61,200 nt of DNA from positions 1 to 61,200 of IMG/VR virus record IMGVR_UViG_3300023184_009672, one strand, 5' to 3'. The position numbers and the translations under genes are program-made. Shown piece by piece: positions 33,295 through 42,204 of this stretch (position 1 is the first letter of the stretch; each line of letters begins with the position of its first letter). Under the pieces are notes generated by a model. It made no database searches and had not been told where the DNA came from. It was given only the letters and a program-made list of their open reading frames with translations. The stretch comes from a virus. Taxonomy: Duplodnaviria > Caudoviricetes.

Positions 33295-33699
33295 ATGCAA
33301 GAACCAACTTCTGTAGAAGAACTAATAAAAAAGCATAGAGAAATTCCCGCTTATTCTGAAATAGATAATAAAATTTATATACAAGATTTTCATGGACTCA
33401 ATACCTTAAATAAGAAATATAACTTATTAAGCCACAATTATGAATTGCATAATTATTTTAGATCTTATGAATTGATAATGGAAAGCAGAAGTAATCCTGA
33501 AAAGATGAATGAACTATTAGGGTCTATAGATATGAGTTCTATGGAAAGTGTTTTGAAATTTCAAGAAAGCCTAACCTCTTATGATAAATACATTAGTTTA
33601 ATTAAAGTACATATCAAGAAAGAAAATTTACCAGAAGAGTTTAAAAATAAAAGTATTATACTTGTGCATGCTGGTAAAATGCATCATATTTGTAATTAA
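33295..33699 (+). CDS. Hypothetical protein
   Basis: 134-aa ORF. Confidence 0.55.
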   Translation: MQEPTSVEELIKKHREIPAYSEIDNKIYIQDFHGLNTLNKKYNLLSHNYELHNYFRSYELIMESRSNPEKMNELLGSIDMSSMESVLKFQESLTSYDKYISLIKVHIKKENLPEEFKNKSIILVHAGKMHHICN

Positions 33700-33970
33700 G
33701 TAAGATACATTACACATATAAAAAAATTTTACTCAAATATCTAATAGGATTACATAAATACTTGAATTATAATATAATATATTGTAATATATAGTAGATA
33801 TGAAACACGAAAACAGAATAAGCAAAATATTAGAAAAGAAAATTTTAAAGGACGAAGATCCTAAACTTATATCTGAAATAGAAAGATACTTAGCTGGTTT
33901 AGAAATACATTATAGCAAATGGGCAAAAGCTCATCCTAATTGGAAAGAATCAGAAGAATAAACAACCCTC

Positions 33971-34045
33971 GTAAGTCCTTACCTATCAAGGATTTACAAA
34001 AGCAACCTCCCTCGCGCTGTAAGTCGTTGACCATCAACGAGATTT
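33971..34045 (+). repeat. 75-bp element A, copy 3
   Basis: gtaagtccttacctatcaaggatttac-aaaagcaacctccctcgcgct-gtaagtcgttgaccatcaacgagattt. Confidence 0.9.
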
Positions 34046-34093
34046 AACTAAAGATTTTTCTTGTGGAAAAACAAAGGTATGGTATATTTAAGT

Positions 34094-34360
34094 ATGAACA
34101 AAATCAAAATCGCAATCATATACGCAACCTCATATCTGAAACACTTCGTCCTTTTCCTCTTGGGGCAAAGGTATTTAATCGAATACAAACCTTATGGCGG
34201 TGAAGAAGCCTTCACTTACATTATCAGCAAGCCTAGCTCTTTTAAGGTGAGCAAAGCTGGCAACAAGCTCTTCACGAGTTTCTGCTTCTCTGGTCGTATG
34301 GATTCTGGCGTGAAGCAATTCCGCTATGATCGTATCGCTGGTGGTCTCTCGCCAGTCTAA
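34094..34360 (+). CDS. Hypothetical protein (weak WYL-like end, QFRYDRI)
   Basis: Leaderless promoter directly after element A. Confidence 0.6.
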   Translation: MNKIKIAIIYATSYLKHFVLFLLGQRYLIEYKPYGGEEAFTYIISKPSSFKVSKAGNKLFTSFCFSGRMDSGVKQFRYDRIAGGLSPV

Positions 34361-34410
34361 CAACAGAGAGATTAGGGGGTTATTATTAGCCTCCTAGTTT
34401 AACATATAGA

Positions 34411-34440
34411 AAGGGCGAGGAGAAATCCTCGCCTTTTTTA
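34411..34440 (+). terminator. Intrinsic terminator
   Basis: GGCGAGGA-GAAA-TCCTCGCC plus TTTTT. Confidence 0.9.
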
Positions 34441-34490
34441 TTTGACTTATAGTTTAGTTATGGTACTATACAGATAGTTCTTTTCTATTA

Positions 34491-34645
34491 TTCGATGGAT
34501 CGGCGTGGTAGCTGTGAGTTTGCAATAACAACTCAGTAGAAACTGGAGACACGCAACAGAAACAACTTTAGGAGACTATCATCCAAAGATTTCTGTCTGA
34601 GCCGAAAGGCGTAGACGAGTTGGGGTAGCGTCCAACACCATCGAG
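34491..34645 (+). ncRNA. Expanded tRNA-like non-coding RNA
   Basis: TCGATGG/CCATCGA closing stem, GCGTG/CACGC, ACAGAAA/TTTCTGT, GCC-GAAA-GGC, GTTGG/CCAAC arms; promoter TTGACT(34442). Confidence 0.6.
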
Positions 34646-34651
34646 TATAGT

Positions 34652-34849
34652 TTATATTTTATTGCGCCACTTGTCTCTGTGGAAACAAACCCAACTTAAT
34701 AAAGCTTTTTCAAAACCAATATCATGTCCTGCTTTTTCACTTTCAATCCATTTGTGCTTTAAGATTTCTTCTCTTTCGCTCAAGAAGTTTTTATATAATA
34801 ATGAATGACTTAATATACGATCCATATCTTGTTTAATATTATCACTCAT
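34652..34849 (-). CDS. Small DUF4032-related protein
   Basis: EREEILKHKWIESEKAGHDIGFEKAL..W; GTGTAA motif upstream on - strand. Confidence 0.75.
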   Translation of the reverse strand: MSDNIKQDMDRILSHSLLYKNFLSEREEILKHKWIESEKAGHDIGFEKALLSWVCFHRDKWRNKI

Positions 34850-34892
34850 ATAATAAACTGCAAACTATATTACACAAAGTTTTTTATAGTAT

Positions 34893-34967
34893 GTAAGTTA
34901 TTCATCATTAACGAGTTACGCAAGCAACCTCCCTGCAGTTGCAAGTCCTTGATGGTCAATGAGATTT
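34893..34967 (+). repeat. 75-bp element A, copy 4
   Basis: 27+21+27; core CCTCCCTGC. Confidence 0.9.
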
Positions 34968-35016
34968 AAATTGAATATTATTTTGACATAAAGTAAATTT
35001 CTGATATATTTAAGCT

Positions 35017-35847
35017 ATGAAAGTAAACGAAATTATCACAGAAAAGTTTATCGAAGCCCTCAACAAAGGCGTATGCCCTTGGCAGAAACCTTGGAAAGTA
35101 TTTGAGATTTGTAATGGCGTTTCAAAGAAGAATTATAGAGGCATCAATCAATTTTTGCTTCGGATGGTTTCCTCTGACGATTTCTTTTTTACATTTAATC
35201 AAATCAAGGAACTAGGTGGCAGGATTAAAACTGGCGCTAAGGCTCACATGGTAGTCTATTACAAACTATTAAAGACAGAAGCTAAGAATGAATTGACCAG
35301 AACTTTCCCGATGATGAGATATTATAAAGTTTTCGGGTTGAGCGATGTCGAGGGAATCAAATGGAAGCAACCAGAGACTCCTAAGTTAGAATTTTCGCCA
35401 ATAGAAGAAGCAGAGAAGTTGATTAACAAGTGTGTGATTCAGATTAAGTATGGTGGTAGTCGTGCCTGTTACTATCCACAAGATCACAAGATTGATTTGC
35501 CTCTCAAAGAAAACTTCAACAGCGTTGAGGAGTACTACTCCACAGCATTTCACGAGATTGGTCACGCTATGCATAAAAGCACAAGTGACGATATCAAAAA
35601 TGGTTTCGGTTCTCAGAATTATAGCAAAGAAGAATTGACCGCAGAGATTTTTGCTAGCCTCTGTCTTAACTTCTGCGGAATTGATTCTGAAAAATGTTTC
35701 AACAATTCTGCCAGCTATCTCTCCAACTGGCTGGGAGTATTAAAGAAAGACATGAACTTTATTATCTCAGCTTCTAGCAAAGCACAAAAAAGATTTGATG
35801 CTTTCCTCGATAAAAAAGATAACGAAGAATTACATATGAATTATTAA
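35017..35847 (+). CDS. ardC: ArdC-like antirestriction/ssDNA-binding protein (DUF1738 + zincin domain)
   Basis: PWQKPW, YRGIN, TFNQ...GGRI..G, YYSTAFHEIGH, FGS..YSKEELTAE, SASYLSNW. Confidence 0.9.
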   Translation: MKVNEIITEKFIEALNKGVCPWQKPWKVFEICNGVSKKNYRGINQFLLRMVSSDDFFFTFNQIKELGGRIKTGAKAHMVVYYKLLKTEAKNELTRTFPMMRYYKVFGLSDVEGIKWKQPETPKLEFSPIEEAEKLINKCVIQIKYGGSRACYYPQDHKIDLPLKENFNSVEEYYSTAFHEIGHAMHKSTSDDIKNGFGSQNYSKEELTAEIFASLCLNFCGIDSEKCFNNSASYLSNWLGVLKKDMNFIISASSKAQKRFDAFLDKKDNEELHMNY

Positions 35848-35852
35848 GAGTT

Positions 35853-35927
35853 GCAAGTGCTTAAGTATTAAAGACTTACGCAAGCTGGGTCCCTGTGGTT
35901 GCAAGTCGTTGACTATCAGCGAGATTT
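35853..35927 (+). repeat. 75-bp element A, copy 5
   Basis: 27+21+27; core TCCCTG. Confidence 0.85.
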
Positions 35928-35975
35928 AAATGGTAAAAAAACTTGTATCAAACTTAATTTATGTTAAACTTTCTT

Positions 35976-36611
35976 ATGTTCAAAAACAAAAAACAAGCAG
36001 AAGAGATTGTCGGAACACTCTCAAAACCTTCGAAGATGCCAGGATTTGCGTATTCAACACCAGCAAAGCGTTGTCAGATTGGTATGAAAATGCGTGGAGT
36101 TGTTGGCAGTATGTGTGCGTTTTGCTATGCGTTGAAAGGGCGTTATGTTTTCCCTAATGTTGTGAAAGCTATGGAACGGCGTTTTGCTTCACTTACTCAC
36201 GATCTTTGGGTGGAAGCTATGACATATCTTATCGGAAAGGTTAAGAATCCTTATTTTCGCTGGCACGATTCAGGAGACATCCAAGGCGTTTGGCATCTTC
36301 AAAAGATTGTGCAAGTCGCTAAAAACTTACCTAATGTTAATTTTTGGCTACCCACGAGAGAATACTCCTATGTTTCATCTTATATATCAGAGGGTGGAGA
36401 AGTGCCTAGCAATCTTACCATTCGCCTCTCTGCTCTGATGATGGATGGAGTTGCACCCGTTGGAATTGCTCAACGCCTTAACTTATGCGTAAGTGGTGCG
36501 AGCAAGTTAGGTAATTTTAATTGTCCTAGCTCTAAGCAAGGGAACAAGTGTGGAGATTGTCGCAAGTGTTGGGATAAAAATGAGTTTGCAATTAACTACA
36601 AAAAGCATTAA
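35976..36611 (+). CDS. Gp88-like Cys-rich phage protein
   Basis: SKMPG, C...C..CYA, FRWHDSGD, FWLPTRE, NLTIRLS, CP...CGDCRKCW. Confidence 0.75.
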   Translation: MFKNKKQAEEIVGTLSKPSKMPGFAYSTPAKRCQIGMKMRGVVGSMCAFCYALKGRYVFPNVVKAMERRFASLTHDLWVEAMTYLIGKVKNPYFRWHDSGDIQGVWHLQKIVQVAKNLPNVNFWLPTREYSYVSSYISEGGEVPSNLTIRLSALMMDGVAPVGIAQRLNLCVSGASKLGNFNCPSSKQGNKCGDCRKCWDKNEFAINYKKH

Positions 36612-36851
36612 GATGTACCAATGGACATTATTCTTCCGATTGTTTTATTCTTAATTATTATTATATTTATTAAAGGATTACAAAAATGAAAATTGAAAAC
36701 ATATTAAAAGAAAACTTAGAATCTTTTTATCCTTGGAGCGATAACGACACTCCTCCACTCGATACCAATAAGAAAACTTTTGTAGAAAAAGAAAAAGAAA
36801 CTTTAGAAGATTTCGAGGGTTGGCGAGCTTGTATGTAAAAAACTTGTTGTT

Positions 36852-36926
36852 GTAAGTCGTTGACCATTAACGATTTACAGCCGCAGGGAGGTTGGATCTG
36901 TAAGTCGTTGATACTCAGCAACTTAG
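36852..36926 (-). repeat. 75-bp element A, copy 6 (at the convergence point of transcription)
   Basis: Core GCAGGGAGG on +. Confidence 0.9.
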
Positions 36927-37021
36927 CGACGCTCTATCATTGACCTAATCAAAGCATAAATTAATTGCACAAAAACCAAACCAAGATAAGCGTATAGGCA
37001 CATTAAAAATGTTTGCATATT

Positions 37022-37306
37022 TTATTCTCCACAAATTGCTGAATCGCCAAAGTAACCATAGTCTTCATCTGTGCCCCAGCCAGCAGAAGCCATAGCTGAA
37101 TCGTGGTCGCCATCCATCGACTCATCAGGCCTATCATCAGGTTCAGAAGAACCAATGATAAGAGGATCACTTTGCTCAGAGTCAGAACGATGCACGATAT
37201 TGTTGGCCATATTCTCCTCACGAATACCTTTCAAGATATCACGCACATCTAGCACACCCAGACCATTCTGGCTCATCCATTCCTTGAGAGAAGCTTTGTA
37301 GTCCAT
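37022..37306 (-). CDS. Acidic hypothetical protein (SAGWGTDEDYG motif)
   Basis: ATG 37306 directly after the upstream ORF stop. Confidence 0.65.
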   Translation of the reverse strand: MDYKASLKEWMSQNGLGVLDVRDILKGIREENMANNIVHRSDSEQSDPLIIGSSEPDDRPDESMDGDHDSAMASAGWGTDEDYGYFGDSAICGE

Positions 37307-37307
37307 A

Positions 37308-37472
37308 TTAGACAACCTCCACAAGAGTTTCGGAATTAGAATAAGTTCCATTCAACGCATCCAGCATAGCGTTGATTTCAGTATTGGAGTTGAGGTAGTC
37401 GAAGAACGCATTTGCGTCAGCATAAACTTCCTCGCAGGTTTCCGTCGCTAGGGATGTAATTTCGTTTCTCAT
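37308..37472 (-). CDS. 54-aa acidic hypothetical protein
   Basis: Hand-translated MRNEITSLATETCEEVY...; leaderless promoter TTGTTC..TGATATATT. Confidence 0.6.
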   Translation of the reverse strand: MRNEITSLATETCEEVYADANAFFDYLNSNTEINAMLDALNGTYSNSETLVEVV

Positions 37473-37580
37473 ACTTAGAATATATCACAGATTAGATTTA
37501 GAACAAGGTTTATTTTCATAAAAAGCAGATAGAAGAATCTCTAATAGTAAATAGGAAATAGTCTAATAACAAATAGCCCC

Positions 37581-37698
37581 GATCTTTCTGCTTCATTCAG
37601 TTTTTGCTCTAAAATCAGTTCGTGTAAGTCGTTGATGGTCAAGCACTTGCGCGCCCACCCTCCCTGCGCTTGTAAGTCGTTGATACTCAGGCTCTTAC
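37581..37698. repeat. 36-bp repeat B (37581-37616) plus element A copy 7 (37624-37698)
   Basis: gatctttctgcttcattcagtttttgctctaaaatc followed by 27+21+27 element. Confidence 0.9.
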
Positions 37699-37978
37699 AA
37701 GAGGTCTCTGAGATTCAAACAACTCGCAGAAAGATAGTAGAAAAATCTTTCACGCAAAAAGTTTTTCCTCTCACCATTTTTCACGGCAAGTCTATAAGTT
37801 TTTTTGTTTAATTTAAAAAGTATATTTTTCATTTAACTCTCGCCCATATCGCGCATATGGTCAGAATCAAGTTCTGCTTGAGTTTCTAAAGCTCGCTCCA
37901 TAGCTTGATCATCCAACATTTTTTTTGCCCATATGTTTAATGTTTTTTGGTCATCGAATATATCATACATCATTTTAT

Positions 37979-38257
37979 TTAGTCTCCTTTGTAGTCTGAA
38001 GTTGCGTTGAAGTCTCCGATGAAACTCATCGTGCCGTTTTTGCGTTCTTCACATTCTTTAAGAAGAGCAGGAGTCATTTCGACTTCGGTCACTTCATCGT
38101 AAAAAGCTATTACGCTTCCAACTCCAGAGATTCTGGAAAGGCATTTTTTGTTAGAGGTTGAATTGAGCATTTCGCAGATTGCGATATGGTTTTTGATTTG
38201 GTAGTATTTTCCTACTACGAGGGATTCGATTGTGTTTTTCATTTCTTTATCTTTCAT
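37979..38257 (-). CDS. Hypothetical protein
   Basis: Leaderless promoter TTGCAA..TGATAAACT. Confidence 0.6.
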   Translation of the reverse strand: MKDKEMKNTIESLVVGKYYQIKNHIAICEMLNSTSNKKCLSRISGVGSVIAFYDEVTEVEMTPALLKECEERKNGTMSFIGDFNATSDYKGD

Positions 38258-38313
38258 ACTATTTAGTTTATCACAGATTGAGTTTTTTGCAAGGTATTTC
38301 TTTGAGTTAAATC

Positions 38314-38544
38314 TCATTGAGCATCAACGGGATACAAACCCTTACGCATATAAATGGTTGTCCATTTACCTTTATCCTCGCCTTCGAGGATTTCAGCAGT
38401 TGCAGTTTTTGTTTTCCAACCAATAGTGGAAGGGAAAAGTTTCACGAGTAATTTCTCGTGGCCATATCTGTATATGTTTTTATTTTCGTATAGTTCAGGA
38501 TTTATTTGTATATTCATTTTATTTATTCTTTCTTTCGTTTTCAT
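38314..38544 (-). CDS. Hypothetical protein, paralog of 39289-39561
   Basis: LVK...TATAEILEGEDKGK. Confidence 0.6.
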   Translation of the reverse strand: MKTKERINKMNIQINPELYENKNIYRYGHEKLLVKLFPSTIGWKTKTATAEILEGEDKGKWTTIYMRKGLYPVDAQ

Positions 38545-38608
38545 TTCTTATCTTGTTATAAGTATAGTTTAGCATATTCCAGAGAAAACGCAACAAAAAT
38601 CTTCATTT

Positions 38609-38843
38609 AAATTTCATTGATGGACAACGAGTTACAGCCGCAGGGAGGTTGGTGCCGTAAGTCGTTGACTTATAACAATTTAGAGTTTATGCGTTCATTC
38701 AGTTTTTGTCTCAAGATCAGTTCTGATCTTTCGCTTTCAGTCATGTTTTGTCATAAGATCGAACATCTATAAGTCTTTGACTATTAAGAACTTACACAAG
38801 AGCCCTCCCTGCGCTTGTAAGTTGTTGATGGGTAAGCACTTAT
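38609..38843. repeat. 235-bp composite A-B-B-A (A copies 8 and 9 inverted; B at 38683 and 38725)
   Basis: Same geometry as 41096-41330. Confidence 0.92.
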
Positions 38844-38945
38844 AATTGGTCAAAAAAGACAAAAAAAATCTGTGAAGTTTTTTTCACAGATTCTTGCACC
38901 GAATCTTTATGCAAAAGGTTTTAGCTTTCGCGGTTTTTCTACATT

Positions 38946-39152
38946 TTATTTAGCCTTTGGACCCCAACGCTTTTTAGCAAGTGCTAACTGTTTATCAAGT
39001 TTCGCTAAGGCTTTAGCCTTAACATAGTCTGGATTTTGAAGTTTCCAATCAGCCCAACTCTTTTTGAGTCTAGACCACTTTTGGTTATTATTTTCCCAAC
39101 GCTGTAATTCCCATTCTTGGGAAGTTTGTTTTTTATTCATTTCATTATTCAT
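38946..39152 (-). CDS. Hypothetical protein
   Basis: 68-aa ORF; hairpin AATCTGTGAA/TTCACAGATT downstream. Confidence 0.55.
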   Translation of the reverse strand: MNNEMNKKQTSQEWELQRWENNNQKWSRLKKSWADWKLQNPDYVKAKALAKLDKQLALAKKRWGPKAK

Positions 39153-39288
39153 TTTATTTACTTTCTGGATACAAGGTCAACCGCAATGCGATTAATTCAA
39201 TTAGAATCCGTTTTTCGTTTTGAAGGTTAAGAATCAAGATTTCATTTTTGATTCGTTTAATTTCTTTTTTTAGTTGATGTTGATTCAT

Positions 39289-39561
39289 TTATTTATTTTC
39301 CTTTACTAGTTTAGCATTGTTAAGGTTGATAGTTCCAACCTTATCTTTATCTATACCTTCAAGGAAGGTTACAACCGCAGTATTTGCAGAAGTTTTATAA
39401 GAAACTTTTACTAAAGTTCCTTCGTAAAGGTATATTTCACCAAAGTATGTTGGTGTATTGTTAGAGTTAGTTATGATGGATTCAGTACTATCCATATTTT
39501 TTCGCATATTTTCACGCATTTGTCTGCGGTGAAAATTCCAATTTATCATTCTATGAGTCAT
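39289..39561 (-). CDS. Hypothetical protein, paralog of 38314-38544
   Basis: LVK...TAVVTFLEGIDKDK. Confidence 0.6.
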   Translation of the reverse strand: MTHRMINWNFHRRQMRENMRKNMDSTESIITNSNNTPTYFGEIYLYEGTLVKVSYKTSANTAVVTFLEGIDKDKVGTINLNNAKLVKENK

Positions 39562-39610
39562 TTTATTTATTTTCTTTCTTTGTTATTTCTTATCTTGTTA
39601 TAGTTATAGT

Positions 39611-39823
39611 TTAGCATATTTCAGCCGAATTGCAAGCGATTTCTTCAATTTGTTTTTCGTTGACCATCATACAGTTATGATGAGCGAGTGAAACTTTTTG
39701 TTGATATTTCTCAAAAATTTGGTCAATTCTTTTTGCAGTTTCTTCATTTGCTTTTTTCATATCAGCGGAGACTTTTTCAAGGTTTGCGATTAGGATTTCA
39801 TACTTGGTTAATTTCTTATTCAT
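39611..39823 (-). CDS. Coiled-coil hypothetical protein, paralog of 42205-42378
   Basis: KLTKYEILIANLEK; leaderless promoter after element A. Confidence 0.65.
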   Translation of the reverse strand: MNKKLTKYEILIANLEKVSADMKKANEETAKRIDQIFEKYQQKVSLAHHNCMMVNEKQIEEIACNSAEIC

Positions 39824-39872
39824 AGATACAGTTTAGCATATTTCAGAAGAAATGCAACATATTTCTTCATTT

Positions 39873-39982
39873 AAATCTCGTTCACCATCAACGAGTTACA
39901 GCTGCAGGGAGGTCGCTTTTGTAAGTCGTTAATGATTAAGGATTTAGGTTTTTTGCTTTTATTCAGTTTGTGCCGTAAGATC
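39873..39982. repeat. Element A copy 10 (39873-39947) plus repeat B (39947-39982)
   Basis: B abuts the 3' end of tRNA-Thr. Confidence 0.9.
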
Positions 39983-40054
39983 AGCCAGAAATCGGATTCG
40001 AACCGATGACCTACGGTTTACAAAACCGTTGCACTACCGCTGTGCTATTCTGGC
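39983..40054 (-). tRNA. tRNA-Thr(TGT)
   Basis: Reverse complement GCCAGAA/TTCTGGC; ACGGT-TTTGTAA-ACCGT; GGTTCGAATCC. Confidence 0.92.
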
Positions 40055-40065
40055 AAAATTATATT

Positions 40066-40305
40066 TTAATTATTGGTGTGATAATCGTAACCACCAGCCT
40101 TGTAAAGCCACCAAACGAAAGTATTTTCTTCGTAAGGATTGTTGAACTTTTCCCATCCTTCATCATTGAATCCATCATTGTAAGCTTTGAATTCAGAAAG
40201 ATCCCATTTCTTTGATTCTCCAAATTGCATCCATTCTTTTTGGTTCATTATTTTATTTATTTCATTTTCCAAGGTTTCAACATCTGAATTGATTTCTAAT
40301 TTCAT
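40066..40305 (-). CDS. Hypothetical protein
   Basis: Leaderless promoter TTGCGA..TGATAGAAT. Confidence 0.65.
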   Translation of the reverse strand: MKLEINSDVETLENEINKIMNQKEWMQFGESKKWDLSEFKAYNDGFNDEGWEKFNNPYEENTFVWWLYKAGGYDYHTNN

Positions 40306-40354
40306 GTTTTTATTCTATCATATTTTTAACTTATCGCAAGATATTTCTTCATTT

Positions 40355-40429
40355 AAATCTCGTTCACCATCAACGAGTTACAGCCGCAGGGAGGTCGCTT
40401 TTGTAAGTCGTTGTGTTAGAACAACTTAC
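40355..40429 (-). repeat. 75-bp element A, copy 11
   Basis: 40341-40412 nearly identical to 39859-39930. Confidence 0.92.
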
Positions 40430-40441
40430 ATCAGCTTATTT

Positions 40442-40819
40442 TTAGAACGCTGTAAAAGTCATTTGCGTAGATTCATCTAAAGTATTTTGAGAAGGCTTAA
40501 AGAAGATAACTTGGTTATTTATTTTATCTATTGAAACTCCTTTTGGCAAAGATGAGAAGTTTCCTTCGTCATCCGTTCCGATGACCAAAGCTTTTCCAGC
40601 AAAAGGTTGAGAGTGAAGCCCAAACTTAAAGTAAGCTTGAGATTCTTTGTCTTTCAACAAACCTTCGTCATCTAAAACCATATCAATTCCATCTTGTAGA
40701 TTTGTTATGGTAATTATATTACAACCTAGCAAAGAATAGATTGTTTGAAGTTTAGTATCTACTAAAGTGACATTTAGTATAGTTTCGGTGAATGGGTCAA
40801 TGAGGATTGCTTTGATCAT
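40442..40819 (-). CDS. DUF3846-like protein
   Basis: IKAILIDP...LDDEGLLK...FAGKALVIGTDDEG. Confidence 0.7.
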   Translation of the reverse strand: MIKAILIDPFTETILNVTLVDTKLQTIYSLLGCNIITITNLQDGIDMVLDDEGLLKDKESQAYFKFGLHSQPFAGKALVIGTDDEGNFSSLPKGVSIDKINNQVIFFKPSQNTLDESTQMTFTAF

Positions 40820-40836
40820 ATTTTTATTTTCTTTCT

Positions 40837-41046
40837 TTATTTGTAGGTTACGAAGTTTTGATTTTCTTTTCTCAGTTCGATTGTTGGAGGCATATCTGCC
40901 ATAGGTGCACCATTTACAACACCATTCAGAATCTCAAGAGTTTGGTGAGTTTGTTTTCCCATTGTATAGATGAGAAAAAACCCATAGGCAAAAAGCCCAA
41001 GGATAAAGATTCCGTGCATTGTTTTTTCAGTTATTGTTTTATTCAT
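40837..41046 (-). CDS. Small membrane protein
   Basis: Single TM segment; leaderless promoter after element A. Confidence 0.6.
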   Translation of the reverse strand: MNKTITEKTMHGIFILGLFAYGFFLIYTMGKQTHQTLEILNGVVNGAPMADMPPTIELRKENQNFVTYK

Positions 41047-41095
41047 AGATTTATTCTATCACATTTTAGGATTATCACAAGATATTTTTACATTT

Positions 41096-41330
41096 AAATT
41101 TCATTGACCATCAACAAGTTGCAGCTGCAGGGAGGAGGCTTATATAAGTAGTTGATATATAGAGACTTAGATTATATGCGTTCATTCATGTTTTGTCCTA
41201 AGATCGTTTTCGATCTTTTGCCTTTCATCAGTTTTGTCGCTAAGATCGAGCATGCCTAAGTCGTTAGCTATTAGGCACTTACGGAAGCGCCCTCCCTGCA
41301 TGCGTAAGTCCTTGATAGGCAGGCACTTAC
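41096..41330. repeat. 235-bp composite A-B-B-A (A copies 12 and 13 inverted; B at 41170 and 41212)
   Basis: Same geometry as 38609-38843. Confidence 0.92.
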
Positions 41331-41351
41331 ATGCAGTAGGCTAGCTTATCG

Positions 41352-41729
41352 CTACAGCTTGTAGAACTTATGGTGCTGTATGACTGCTACCAGCTTAGTG
41401 TCCTTAGCCCACTTAGGCGAGACGCTCACAGCGTGGTAGTGATTAGCACCCTTGACGATGTCGGGCATCTGCTTGTGCAGTACAAGGTCAGCAAGATACA
41501 GAGCATCCTTGCCTTGTCTAGTAGCTAGTAGCTTACGCTTGGATGACTCACTCACCTTACCATTCCAGAAGCTGAACTGCTTAGGTGATAGGCACACCTG
41601 CATAGGTGTCTGCTTGCGCTGTATGGTGCGTGTCTGTATGACACTAGCAACACCAGCCATACCCTCGAAGCCCTCGCCTCTCGCCTCGCCTAGTAAGGTC
41701 AACGCTATGATGAGTAGTTCAGCGGTCAT
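41352..41729 (-). CDS. SleB/Hydrolase_2 cell wall hydrolase
   Basis: GEARGE...VASVI..R, QFSFWN, GANHYH, PKWA, HKFY. Confidence 0.88.
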   Translation of the reverse strand: MTAELLIIALTLLGEARGEGFEGMAGVASVIQTRTIQRKQTPMQVCLSPKQFSFWNGKVSESSKRKLLATRQGKDALYLADLVLHKQMPDIVKGANHYHAVSVSPKWAKDTKLVAVIQHHKFYKL

Positions 41730-41733
41730 ACTA

Positions 41734-42153
41734 TTACTCTCTCCCACTACTTACTGCACCGCAGTAATCAGAAGGTTTCTCTGCTGTGATCGTGCCGAAT
41801 CCGTAGGTATCGTTAGAGACAGAGGTACGAAGGAATCGCCCATCAATGATGTTGTCGAATTGACCTTGTGCCTTGATCTTCGCAAGGCTCATCAATCCAC
41901 CCTTCATTCCCTTTGCGTTTATCTTGTTGCATAGGGAGTGTAGAGCAATCTTGACGAGAGCGTGTAAGACTGCATCGGGTTGAGCGTAGAAGTAAAACGC
42001 TTTGCCGTTGCCCATATCGTGCAACTGCCCATTAGTCGCACCCCAGTTGTATAGGGCATTGTGGAATGAGGTAATGCGACCCTTGCCACCTTCCAAGAGG
42101 AAAGCAGTCGTTTCGCCGAATGATTGTTTGGTGATGTTTAGTTGGTTTTTCAT
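41734..42153 (-). CDS. Hypothetical protein, paralog of 32544-32930
   Basis: HNALYNWGATNG; GC-rich; leaderless promoter TTGACG..TAATAT. Confidence 0.7.
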   Translation of the reverse strand: MKNQLNITKQSFGETTAFLLEGGKGRITSFHNALYNWGATNGQLHDMGNGKAFYFYAQPDAVLHALVKIALHSLCNKINAKGMKGGLMSLAKIKAQGQFDNIIDGRFLRTSVSNDTYGFGTITAEKPSDYCGAVSSGRE

Positions 42154-42204
42154 AGTGTGTATATTATCCTTTTCGATTGGTTTCGTCAATGGTTATTTTC
42201 TGAG

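Noticed and set aside
38641-38648. AGGGAGG core as a ribosome binding site
   Set aside because: No consistent start codon or ORF downstream, and it usually lies antisense to the adjacent genes
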